DNA of 64,000 nucleotides from contig CAVPSB010000022.1 in the NCBI GenBank assembly GCA_963708025.1, positions 96,001-160,000 on the forward strand. The letters run 5' to 3'. The notes below the pieces were generated by a model. That model searched no databases. It was not told the DNA's origin and saw nothing but the letters and a program-made list of their open reading frames with translations. This document shows, in pieces, positions 18,658-27,949 of the stretch (position 1 is the stretch's first letter; the number at the start of each line of letters is the position of its first letter). This stretch comes from an uncultured Candidatus Rokubacteria bacterium (lineage in GTDB: Bacteria > Methylomirabilota > Methylomirabilia > Rokubacteriales > DASRDR01). The translations under genes and the position numbers were made by a program.

Positions 18658-20016
18658 TCAGTCGCGGCGTGGTGCCCGTGAAGCGGAACGGCGGCGAGGT
18701 GCAGGGTCGGGATCGCGGATCGAGCCGGCGTCGAAGTCCCAGAGGTCGAGCTTCTGGAGCTTGAGGCGGTCCTCCATCGCGACGACGCCGCCGAGCGCCT
18801 CGTGGTAGGACTGCGTGAAGCGGAAGTTCCGCAGCGGGTAGGCGATCTCGCCGCGCTCGACCCAGAAGGTGCCGTCGCGGGTCATGCCCGTCACGATGGT
18901 CTTGAGCGGGTGGACCCAGCGCGTGTACCAGAAGCGCGTGACGAGGATCCCCCGCTCGACCCCGGCCAGGAGGGCCTCCCGGGTCCGCGACCCCGGCTCG
19001 AGGCGGAGATGCATCGGGAGCGGGACGGCGGTCGTCGTCGGCAGCGCGTGCCCGGTGTTGCCGGCGCCGTTCCGCGCCGCGGTCTGGGAGTCGTAGACGA
19101 TGGCCCGGGCGACCCCGCGCTCGATCAGGGAGAGCCGCGCGGACGGCACCCCTTCGAAATCGAAGGACCGGGGGAGCCCGTCGGGATCGAGAGGATCCTC
19201 GACGAGCGTGACGGCCTCGCCGGTGACCGGCGTGCCCAGCCGGCCGCCGACGAAGGAGCGCCCCTCCTCGACCGCGAGGCCGGTGAGCTGGGAGCCCAGG
19301 AACTCGACGATGTCGCTCACCGCGTAGGGCTCGAGGACGACCGGGTAGGTCCCGGCCGGCAGGTCGCGCGGGTTCTGGGCCCGCCGCGCCGTCTGGACCG
19401 CCTCGCGGGCGACCGCCTCGACGTCGACGCGCGTGAAGTCGGCGTGGACCCGGTCCGCGTACCCCGAGCCCGCGCTCCCCATCGCGACCGCCTGGGCCTC
19501 GGCGACGGTGCCCGCGTGGTACGCCCACGTCCCGCGCGAGCTGGCGACCGCGACCTCGTTGACCGCCGTGGAGACGTAGCCGGCGGCCCGCAAGCCGGCC
19601 CCCGCCGCCGCGCCGCAGATCACCCCCACCGCCCGGGCGCGGCTCTCCGGCGACGCCGCCGCCGTCGGCTCGGCGAAGCCGCCCGCCTCCGGGGCGCGGC
19701 CGGCCGCCGGCAGCCCCGCCCATTGCGGGTTCTCGGGCGCGACCCGCGCCAGCTCGCTGGCGCGCCCCGCGGCCTCCACGATCCCGTCGGCGTCGAGGCG
19801 GTTCGTCCAGACCGCGGCCACCCGCTTGCCGGCGACCACGCGGATCCGGAGGGTGGCGCTCGCCTCCGCCACGTTCTGGTGGATCGCGTTGTTGGCGAAG
19901 CGGGTCAGGGCCAGCGTCCGGCCCAGCACCAGCGCCTCGACCTCGTCGCCTCGCGCGGCCCGGAGGGCCCGCTCCGCCGCCTCGCGCAGCACCCGCTCGC
20001 CGAAGGCGCCCGTCAC
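18658..20016 (-). CDS. TldE/PmbA family protein
   Basis: LTRFANNAIHQN, YPVVLEPYAV, FDFEGVP, GILVTRFWY, TGMTRDGTF; lacks HExxH. Confidence 0.87.
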   Translation of the reverse strand: MTGAFGERVLREAAERALRAARGDEVEALVLGRTLALTRFANNAIHQNVAEASATLRIRVVAGKRVAAVWTNRLDADGIVEAAGRASELARVAPENPQWAGLPAAGRAPEAGGFAEPTAAASPESRARAVGVICGAAAGAGLRAAGYVSTAVNEVAVASSRGTWAYHAGTVAEAQAVAMGSAGSGYADRVHADFTRVDVEAVAREAVQTARRAQNPRDLPAGTYPVVLEPYAVSDIVEFLGSQLTGLAVEEGRSFVGGRLGTPVTGEAVTLVEDPLDPDGLPRSFDFEGVPSARLSLIERGVARAIVYDSQTAARNGAGNTGHALPTTTAVPLPMHLRLEPGSRTREALLAGVERGILVTRFWYTRWVHPLKTIVTGMTRDGTFWVERGEIAYPLRNFRFTQSYHEALGGVVAMEDRLKLQKLDLWDFDAGSIRDPDPAPRRRSASRAPRRD

Positions 20017-20044
20017 CGCATCACTCCGACCCGCACTGTCCAAG

Positions 20045-20147
20045 CAGGGGGGGAGTGCCAACCGTCCGATCGCCGGGACGCCTCGTGCCTGCGGCACTCG
20101 GAACGTCCCGCCCTTCCGGTGGTCCCCCCCTGGACCCCCCCACCTGG
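20045..20147. repeat. Palindromic repeat family A, copy 1 (between tldD and tldE)
   Basis: GGGGGGAGTGCCAACC...GGGACG-CCTC-GTGCC-TGC-GGCAC-TCGGAA-CGTCCC...GGTCCCCCCCTGGACCCCCCCACCTGG. Confidence 0.85.
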
Positions 20148-20200
20148 CCTGGTCAACCCGCGAGGCGATCCGGTCCGGGGTGGTCCAGCGGAACCCGCGA

Positions 20201-21650
20201 TCATCGGACGACGCCGACCCGCACGTTCCGGAAGCGGGCGGGCGCCGCCCCGTGGCCCGTGTGGGCCGACTGGCCGGGCTGGCCCTTGCCGCAGTTCGGC
20301 GTCCCCCACATCACCCAGTCGGCCGGCCCGCCGACGGCGTCGCAGGACCCCCAGAACTCCGGCGTGATCCCGGTATAGGTCGGGTTGCGGAGCATGGCGC
20401 CGAGCTTGCCCTTCCGGATCTCCCACGCGATCTCGGTGCCGAACTGGAAGTTGAGCCGCCGGTCGTCGATCGACCACGAGCGGTTGGTGTCCATCAGGAT
20501 GCCGTCGTCCGTGTCGGCGATCAGGTCCTCGAGCCGCCAGGTCCCGGGCATGAGCGAGACGTTGGTCATCCGGATCAGCGGGAGCTTCGCCCAGCCGTCG
20601 GCCCGCATGGTGCCGTTCGAGGGCCGCCCGAGGGCGACCGCGGTCTCGCGGCTCATCAGGTAGCCGACGAACAGGCCCTCGCGCACGGCCCATCCCGTCG
20701 TGGCCGGGACCCCCTCGTCGTCGAAGCCGAAGGTCCCGAGCCCGCCGGGCAGCACCGAGTCGATCTGGATGTTGACGTGCTCGCTGCCGTAGCGGAAGCC
20801 GCCGAGCCGGTCGAGCGTCAGGAACGACGTGCCGGCGAAGGCCGCCTCGGATCCCCAGCACGCGGTCCAGCTCGATCGGATGGCCGCAGGACTCGTGGAC
20901 CTGGAGGGCCACCTGGTTGCCGGAGAGGATGATGGTGGTGCGGAGGTCCTGGGGGCACGGCTTCGCCGAGAGGAGCGCCACCGCCTCCTCCGCGATCCGC
21001 GGGGCGTGGCCGACCAGGTCCTGCTTCACCACGAACTCCCAGCCGCCGGTGTTCTGGTGGCGGCCGCCGGAGTTCGGGTAGGAGCGGCGCTGCATCTCGC
21101 CGTCCCCCACCGCCTCGGCCTCGATGCCGCACCCGGTCTCGTAGAGGGTCTGCTCGACGTCCGCGCCCTCGCTCGAGCGGAACAGCTTCCGCTCGCGCCA
21201 GATCTCGGCCGAGGCGCGGGTGGTCCGGAGGCCCTTGACCGCCCGCATGGCCGCCTCGGCGCGGAGCAGCAGGTCGACGCGCTCGCCGAAGGGCACCGTG
21301 AACGGGTCGATCTCGATCGGCGTCCGGTAGCTCCCCCGCTGCGGGGTCACCGGGGCCAGCCGGACGTCGGCCTGCTTGACGAGGGCGGCGGCCCGGGCGA
21401 GGGCCACGGCCTGGGCGGCGACGCGGTCCGCCTCGGCGGCGCTCAGGACCTGCGAGGCGGCGAACCCCCAGGCGCCGTCGGCGATCGCGCGCACGCCGAA
21501 GCCCGCCGAGTCCGACCGGGTGACCGCGTCGAGGTGGCCGTTCCGGACCAGGAAGTCCTCGGTCTCGCGCTGGACGAACCGCGCGTCGGCGTAGCTCGCC
21601 CCGCGGACCGCCGCCGTGTCGAGGGCGCGGGCGAGCCAGGTCGCGGCTCG
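20201..21650 (-). CDS. tldD: TldD metalloprotease (frameshift ~20855; start approximate)
   Basis: GFGVRAIADGAWGFA, LQVHESCGHPIELDR (HExxxH), PLIRMTN, CGKGQP. Confidence 0.9.
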
Positions 21651-21819
21651 GGGGTCAGGGAGCGGCGTCCAGCACGCCGGGGACCGGGTCGATGGCGAAG
21701 CGCGCCGTGGACGCCCGAGGGCGCGGCCAGGACCACCGGCCGTCCTCGAAGCGCTTCCACCACGAGCGCCGTCCCCTCGACAAGGCGCTCGTTGCGGTAG
21801 TGGACGGCCGCCCGTCGTA

Positions 21820-22233
21820 GATCGCTCAGCCGCGGTGGTGGCCGTCGGCCCAGAACTCCGCGTTCGGCCAGTCGGCCCAGATGGCTCCAGGTCGTCCACG
21901 TCGCCGTGCGGCCGGCCGTGCCGGTAGTGCGCCGCGCGTGTCGAGCCGGCCGTTGCCAGTGGAGCGTGCGGAATGGACCGTGTCGCACCTCGCCGCCGTC
22001 GGGCCGCGTCGTAGGCGGAGTAGACGGTGCCTCGCTGGTACGGGATGCGGCAGCCCCAGGCCGTAGGTGTGCCACGTCCGCGACGTGATGGACGATCTCG
22101 CGGACGCTCCACTCGTCGGGCCCCGGCCGCCAGTCGAGCTCCTCGGGGGTGATCCCCCGCAGCAGCGTCGGCGACCTCGGCGTAGCCGGCCTTGAAGCGG
22201 GCGATCAGGCTCGCCCGTCCGATCAGCGGTCAT
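21820..22233 (-). pseudogene. Truncated DinB paralog joined to a MORN-variant-like fragment (heavily frameshifted)
   Basis: Reconstructed IARFKAGYAEVADALRGITPEELDWRPGPDEWSVREIVHHVAD matches the neighbouring DinB N-terminus; then RHGPFRTLHW/NGRLDTR/HYRHGRPHG/TWTTW. Confidence 0.5.
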
Positions 22234-22248
22234 GCGCGCCTCTCCCCG

Positions 22249-22735
22249 TCAGGCCCGGCGGCGGGCCCAGGCCTCGCGGTTCTTGCGGATCTGGTCGGCG
22301 TGACCGTGGGCGTGGGCGGCGTAGACCTCGAGCCAGCGCTCGACGGAGTAGGGCCCCGACTCGCTGTGGATGCCGGCTCGCTGCCAGTCCGCCTCGGTCA
22401 TCGCGTCGAGGAGCTGCGCGGTCGTCGCCCGCGCCGCCTCGAAGGCCTGGAGCGCCGGCTCCATGGGGCGGCTCTGGTAGTCGAGGGCGCGGGCGTATCC
22501 GTCCTGGTCGTAGCCCTGGATGACGGGCTTGTCCTCGATCAGCAGCCGGCGGAGGCGAATGCCGGAGATCGTCTCGCTGTCGGCGAGGTGGTGGACCACC
22601 TCGCGGGCGCTCCACTCGCCGGGGGCCGGGCGCCAGTCCCGCTCCTCGGGCTGGATCCCGCGGAGCGCGGCCACCACCTCGGCGTACCCGGCCTTGTACC
22701 GCGCGATGTGCGCGCTTCCGCTCCTCGGTCGTCAT
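22249..22735 (-). CDS. DinB family (DinB_2) protein (frameshift near N-terminus)
   Basis: WSAREVVHHLADSE, YDQD, HAHGHADQI metal-binding His pattern; RBS GGAGGAG. Confidence 0.85.
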
Positions 22736-22858
22736 ACGCTCTCCTCCATTGATCGGATCCGCCAAATCCCGTTGACGGGATCGCCGGCGGCTCGTGCCCG
22801 GGGCCCCGCACTCCGGTCCTCCGGCGGGCACCGCTCGCGCGAGGCGGCCGCACAGTCC

Positions 22859-23380
22859 TCAGTCGTCGGGGACGGCGATGCCGCAGGTTTCCCGCACGAC
22901 CCGGCGGACGACGTCGCCCGGGAAGCCGCGCCGGAGCAGGTAGGCGCCGAGGCGGCGCGCCGCCTGGTCGGGCGCCGTCCGGCGCAGGGCCGGCAGCCGC
23001 CGCGCGGCCGCGGCCCGCGCCCCCGCCACCTCGTCGGTCTCGGCGAAGGCGCCGCGCACGGCGGCCTCGACCAGCGGTCGGGCCACGCCCTTGCGCGCGT
23101 CAGCTCGTGGGCCAGCCGCCGGCTCCCGAAGCCCCGCCCGCGGGCCCGGGATTCCGCCCAGGCGGCGGCGAAGGCCCGATCGTCCACGTAGCCGCGCGCC
23201 TCGAGGTCGGCCACCACCGCCTGCGGCGGTCTCGGCCGGCGCGCCGCGCCGCCGGAGGCGCGCCTGCAGCTCGCGGCGGGTCCAGGCCTTCCGGCTCAGG
23301 AGCTCGAGCGCGACGGCCCGCGCCCGCCGAGCGTCGAGGACTCGCTCCGCCCCGGCTCGCGCGGTCCCGAGCCGGGCCAC
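22859..23380 (-). CDS. recX: Regulatory protein RecX (two frameshifts)
   Basis: [44 protein letters not shown]; directly downstream of recA. Confidence 0.88.
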   Translation of the reverse strand: MARLGTARAGAERVLDARRARAVALELLSRKAWTRRELQARLRRRGAPAETAAGGGGRPRGARLRGRSGLRRRLGGIPGPRAGLREPAAGPRADARKGVARPLVEAAVRGAFAETDEVAGARAAAARRLPALRRTAPDQAARRLGAYLLRRGFPGDVVRRVVRETCGIAVPDD

Positions 23381-23383
23381 GGG

Positions 23384-25529
23384 TCAGGCGCCCCCGGGAG
23401 GACTTGAGCCCGAGCGCCGAGCGGACGGCCGTCTCGATCTCGGCGGCGGTCTTCGGGTTCTCCTTCAGGTACTTCCGCGCGTTGTCCCGGCCCTGGCCGA
23501 TCCGCTGGTCGCGGTAGGAGAACCAGGTGCCGCTCTTCTCGACGATGCCCTGCTCGACCCCCATGTCGATGATGTTCCCCTCGCGGGAGATGCCCTCGCC
23601 GTACATCACGTCGAACTCGGCCTCGCGGAAGGGCGGGGCCAGCTTGTTCTTCACGACCTTGACCTTCGTCCGGACGCCGATCGACTCGGTCCCCTGCTTC
23701 AGCGCGTCCATCCGGCGGATGTCCAGGCGGACCGAGGCGTAGAACTTGAGCGCGCGGCCGCCGGGGGTGGTCTCGGGCGAGTTGTGCACGACCACGCCGT
23801 CCACCGAGATACGTGTGGTGGCCCTCGATCTCGAGATCGAAGCGGTGGGTGGCCGGGAGCGGAGGCTTCACGTATCGCTTCCGGATCCGGGCGGGCACCG
23901 CCGGAGAGTCGCCGACGATCGGCGAGGTCCAGCGTCTCGGCGCGCACCGGGTGCCAGGCGAAGAGGCCGCGCTGGCTCGGGTGCAGCTTGTAGTCCATCG
24001 CGGGATGGAGATACGGGGCGATCAGCGCGTGGAGGCGGGCGGTCTGCTCCGAGTCGAACCAGAACCCTCGGCCGTCGTCGCGCGGCCGGCCGACGCCGAG
24101 CCGCTCGAGCGCCGCCATCACGCGCTCTCGCGCACTCGCGCGCCAGCGACGTGTTGTACAGGACCGCCTTCCCCTTGCCCCAGCGGGCGTACGAGCCCGC
24201 GAAGGAGCCGTCGTCGCCGTACCAGACCGCGAGCCCGCGGGCGTCCAGGCGATCGAGCGCGCCCGCTTCGGCGGTGCGGCCGCCATCGAGTCGTAGAGCT
24301 CCCGCCGGATGTCCGCCAGAGCCGGCATCGCAAGCGTGTCGAAGCCCCGGCCCCGGCCGGTCGGGCGGATCGGTCCCGCGAAGGGCTCGAGCATCGCGTG
24401 CTTCCACTCCAGATAGGCCTTCTGGCGGGCGCCGTGACCAACCCGGAAGTGCGCGGCATGCGCACCGGTCATGCGGATCGAGCCATCCCCCAGTGCCCCC
24501 GCCCAGCACGACCTGGAGCTGGTCGTCGGTGAGCGTGTAGTCCTCGACGCTGGCCAGCACCTCGTCGCCGACGGTCGAGCTGACCGGCCCGCCGGGGACC
24601 GTGCGGCGTGAAGATGACGTGGTTCTCGGTGTCAGGCGAAGTGGCGCCGGCCGGATGGACCGCCTTCCACCTCGAATTGCACGAAGTGATCGGCCCGGCC
24701 GTTGTCGAACCAGTTCACGACGCGACGTGGCTCGATCCGACCGGTCGTCGGGTCGTAGGAGAGGACCTCCACCGGCAGCCGCTGGTTGACGATCTTGCCG
24801 ATCTTCTCGCTCCGCCCGTCCGCCAACGTCACACGGTGTCGAGTAATGCATGCACCCGAACATCACGCCGATCTTCTCGCGGATCTGGTTGATGAAGAGA
24901 ACCGCGGTGCCGGAGCGCGAGATGGCGGCGGTGAGCTTGCGGAGCGCCTGCGACATGAGCCGGGCCTGGAGCCCGGGGAGGGAGTCGCCCATCTCCCCTT
25001 CCAGCTCGGCCTTCGGCACCAGCGCCGCCACCGAGTCGATCACGATGATGTCGATGGCGCCGGAGCGGACCAGGTGCTCGGCGATCTCCAGGGCCTGCTC
25101 CCCGGTGTCGGGCTGCGAGATGAGCAGCTCGTCGACGTTGACCCCGAGCGCCTTCGCGTACTGGGCGTCGAGCGCGTGCTCGGCGTCGATGAAGGCCGCG
25201 TAGCCGCCCGTGCGCTGGGCCTCCGCGATGACGTGGAGGGCGAGCGTCGTCTTGCCGGAGGACTCCGGGCCGTAGACCTCGGTGACGCGACCGCGCGGGA
25301 TGCCCCCCACGCCGAGGGCGACGTCGAGGGCGAGGGCGCCGGTGGGGATGATCGCGATCTCCTCCATGGCGCCGGACGAGCCGAGCTTCATGATGGCGCC
25401 CTTGCCGAACTGCCGCTCGATCTGGCTCAGCGCCAGGTCCAGAGCCTGGCGGCGGTCCCGGTCGGCCTTGGACTCGGCCTTGGAGTCGACCTTGGAGTCG
25501 GCCTTGGAGTCGCCCTTCGCCTCCGCCAT
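23384..25529 (-). CDS. recA: Recombinase RecA with intein (frameshifts inside the intein and near the stop)
   Basis: GPESSGKTT Walker [32 protein letters not shown]|intein|[19 protein letters not shown]. Confidence 0.97.
23781..24854 (-). mobile_element. RecA-b site intein with LAGLIDADG homing endonuclease (~358 codons)
   Basis: Starts [23 protein letters not shown] and ends DGVVVHN|S; endonuclease blocks QVVLGG.LGDG and LAVWYGDDG. Confidence 0.92.
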
Positions 25530-25600
25530 CACATCCCTCCGTCCTTCTCCCGCCGTGCCGTCACGGCAGGCTGTGCGTTGTCGCGTCGCAAGTCGCCGCC

Positions 25601-25629
25601 ATTCTACGGATTCCCCGGTGACAAGTCAA
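25601..25629 (-). promoter_or_regulatory. sigma70 promoter of recA (TTGACT-17-TAGAAT)
   Basis: Near-consensus hexamers with a 17-nt spacer, ~70 nt upstream of the recA start. Confidence 0.7.
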
Positions 25630-26270
25630 CGCCTGGCGAGTGTCCGGATCGCCCGCCGAGCGCCTCCCGCGCCAGAACGCCGTAGCGCGCGCCCTCCGGA
25701 TCGAGGTCCGAGCGCATGAGGTGCACCGCCTCCACCCGGCTCTCGCCCAGCGCGCTCCCCGGTCCCGTCCAGCAGCTCGCCGATCCCCGAGGCGCCGCGC
25801 GGCTCCCGGGCCCGCCCGAGCGTCACGTGGGGGTGGAACCCGCGACCCTCGGGCGCGATGCCGCAGCGGGCCAGCGCCGCCTCCAGCCGCGCGTGCAGCT
25901 CGACCAGGGGCTCGGCGCCGGCGGTCAGCCCCACCCAGATCACCCGCGGCGCGTGCGCCGCGGGAAAGCCGCCGAACCCGCCGAGGGCCAGCCGGAACGG
26001 CGCGATCCCCGAGGCGGCCTCGGTGAGCGCTTCCCGCGCCCGGCCGAGCGTCGCCTCGTCCACGGAGCCCAGGAAGCGGAGCGTCACGTGGAGGTTCTCC
26101 GCCCGCACCCACGAGACCGCCCCCGCCCGTCTCCGGAGCTCCGCGGCCGCCTCGTCCACTCGGGCCCGCACCGCCTCGGGCAGCAGCACCGCCACGAAGC
26201 TCCGGATCCCACGCGCCGCGTCGCCCTCACCCCGCGGCCGCTCCCGATCCTTCGCGCCGCGACGCCTCAT
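25604..26270 (-). CDS. thpR: RNA 2',3'-cyclic phosphodiesterase (2H family; frameshift ~25750)
   Basis: Two HxT motifs, LHVTLRFLG and FHPHVTLGR; classic cinA-thpR-recA context. Confidence 0.9.
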
Positions 26271-26275
26271 CGTCG

Positions 26276-26291
26276 AGCAACCGCCGTGCCA
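26276..26291 (-). promoter_or_regulatory. sigma54 (-24/-12) consensus TGGCACGGCGGTTGCT
   Basis: Exact TGGCACG-N4-TTGCW match immediately upstream of thpR. Confidence 0.45.
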
Positions 26292-26464
26292 CGCGCGTCA
26301 GCCCGCGCGAGGCCCGCCGATCCAGTCGGATTCACGATCGCACGAGGCCCGCGACCCGGCACCCCGCGGATACACCCCGTACTCGCCAGTCCCACTCACT
26401 GTCCTACCCTTCGGTCTCGACAAGGCAGCCACCGGCCCGGGCCGAGACCCGAGCAGCCCTAGGA

Positions 26465-26528
26465 CGCAGGGAGTCGCCGACCGCAGGCGTACTCCGAGTA
26501 CGCCGAGGATCGGCGACGACCGAGGACG
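26465..26528. repeat. Long imperfect palindrome (GTCGCCGA...GGCGTAC-TCCGA-GTACGCC...TCGGCGAC)
   Basis: Nested inverted repeats seen directly; single copy in the window. Confidence 0.6.
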
Positions 26529-26559
26529 ACGGGATCGCGACGGGTATCGGCCCGGGCCG

Positions 26560-27795
26560 TCACCCACGCTCCAGGCAGTAGCGCCGCAGCAGATCCAGCC
26601 CCCTCAGCGCGGACAGCGCCTTGTTGCCCTCGCGGTCGCGGTGGAACCGGTAGTGCTCCACCCTGGCGGCCCGGGCGTCGGCGAATCCGATGAACACGGT
26701 GCCGACGGGCTTGGCCGCGCTGCCGCCGTCGGGCCCCGCGATCCCGGTGACCGAGAGCCCGAGGTCCGTCCCGGCGTGGCCGCGGACGCCGCGTGCCATC
26801 GCCTCCGCGCACTCGGCCGACACCGCGCCGTGGCGGGCCAGCAGCGGCTCGGGCACGCCGAGGAGGGTCTGCTTCGCGGCGTTCGAGTAGACGACCAGGC
26901 CACGCTCGAAGTAGCGCGAGCTGCCGGCGATGTCGGTCAGCCGGTGGGCGATCAGGCCCCCGGTGCAGGACTCGGCGAGGGCCACGGTGAGCCCTCGCTC
27001 GTTGAGCAGCCGCCCGACGACGGCCTCCAGCCGCTCGTCGTCGGTGCCGTACCAGGCGAGCCCCAGGGCATCCCGCAGCGCCGGCGTCAGCTCGGCGAAG
27101 CGCTGCTCGGCGGCGGCCGCCGTCGGCTCGTGCAGCGCCAGGCGCACCCACACCTCGCCGGCCACCTCGGCCGGCCGGGCGCTCGCCGTGGCGGTGCCCC
27201 GCAGCGCGCCGTCGAGCCGCGCCGCGGCCTCGGCGGGGTCGAGGCCGATCAGCCGGAGCGTCCGGACGATCGTGACGGGCTCCCCGCCCCGCGGCGCCAC
27301 CCGCGGGAGGAGGTGCTCGGTGGCGAGCGCCGTCGCGGCGCCGGCGTCGTCCGGCAGGAGCGCCACCAGGGTCGCTCCGGCCTCCACGAGCAGGCCCGGC
27401 TCCCCAGGGGCGGCCACCAGGACCGTGGCGCCGCGGGGCACCAGGGCCAGCGCCTCGGCGCGGCGCGGCATGGCGCGGCCCTGGCGCGCGTAGGCGGTCG
27501 CGAGTGCGTCGAGCGCGCTGTCGCTCAGGACCAGGCGGGCGCCCAGCAGACGGGCCAAGGCCTGTCGCGCGGCATCGGCCCCGTCCCCGTCGCCGAGGCA
27601 CACGACGAGGCCGCCCGCCTCGACGGCCTGGCGGAGGGCGCGGTCGACCTCCTCCTCCTCCAGCGCCACCAGCCGCTGGCCGCGAACCACCACCCCGTGT
27701 CGCGTGAAGAGCCGCGCGAGCGTCGCGGCCGTCGCGGATCCCGCATCGCCGGCCACAGCGGGGTCCGGTGTGAGCGTGAGCAACTCGACCGTCAT
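26560..27795 (-). CDS. cinA: CinA-like protein (degenerate MoCF-like domain + NMN deamidase PncC domain)
   Basis: VALAESCTGGLIA, GSSRYF, HGAVSAECA, SVTGIAGPDGG, KPVGTVFI. Confidence 0.9.
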   Translation of the reverse strand: MTVELLTLTPDPAVAGDAGSATAATLARLFTRHGVVVRGQRLVALEEEEVDRALRQAVEAGGLVVCLGDGDGADAARQALARLLGARLVLSDSALDALATAYARQGRAMPRRAEALALVPRGATVLVAAPGEPGLLVEAGATLVALLPDDAGAATALATEHLLPRVAPRGGEPVTIVRTLRLIGLDPAEAAARLDGALRGTATASARPAEVAGEVWVRLALHEPTAAAAEQRFAELTPALRDALGLAWYGTDDERLEAVVGRLLNERGLTVALAESCTGGLIAHRLTDIAGSSRYFERGLVVYSNAAKQTLLGVPEPLLARHGAVSAECAEAMARGVRGHAGTDLGLSVTGIAGPDGGSAAKPVGTVFIGFADARAARVEHYRFHRDREGNKALSALRGLDLLRRYCLERG

Positions 27796-27802
27796 TTGGG
27801 TC

Positions 27803-27890
27803 CACCCCCACCCATTGACGGCCTTCGGCCTGTGGCGACCCCTCCCCACCAGTTGGACGGCCTTCGGCCTGTGGCGGGGGGAGGGGGGGC
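27803..27890. repeat. Repeat family C, copy 2 (two GACGGCCTTCGGCCTGTGGCG units)
   Basis: Identical 21-mers at 27817 and 27856; aligns with 15797..15883. Confidence 0.8.
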
Positions 27891-27949
27891 GCCCCGTAGT
27901 CCCCACGGGGTACGAGGTCGGCGGAACGAGTGGATTGACACCGGGCGTC

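Noticed and set aside
25601-25625. Actinobacterial RecA-NDp/PafBC motif (TTGTC...TAnnnT) or a LexA box upstream of recA
   Set aside because: Spacing is one base off and the site is fully explained by a canonical -35/-10 promoter; no recognisable LexA palindrome
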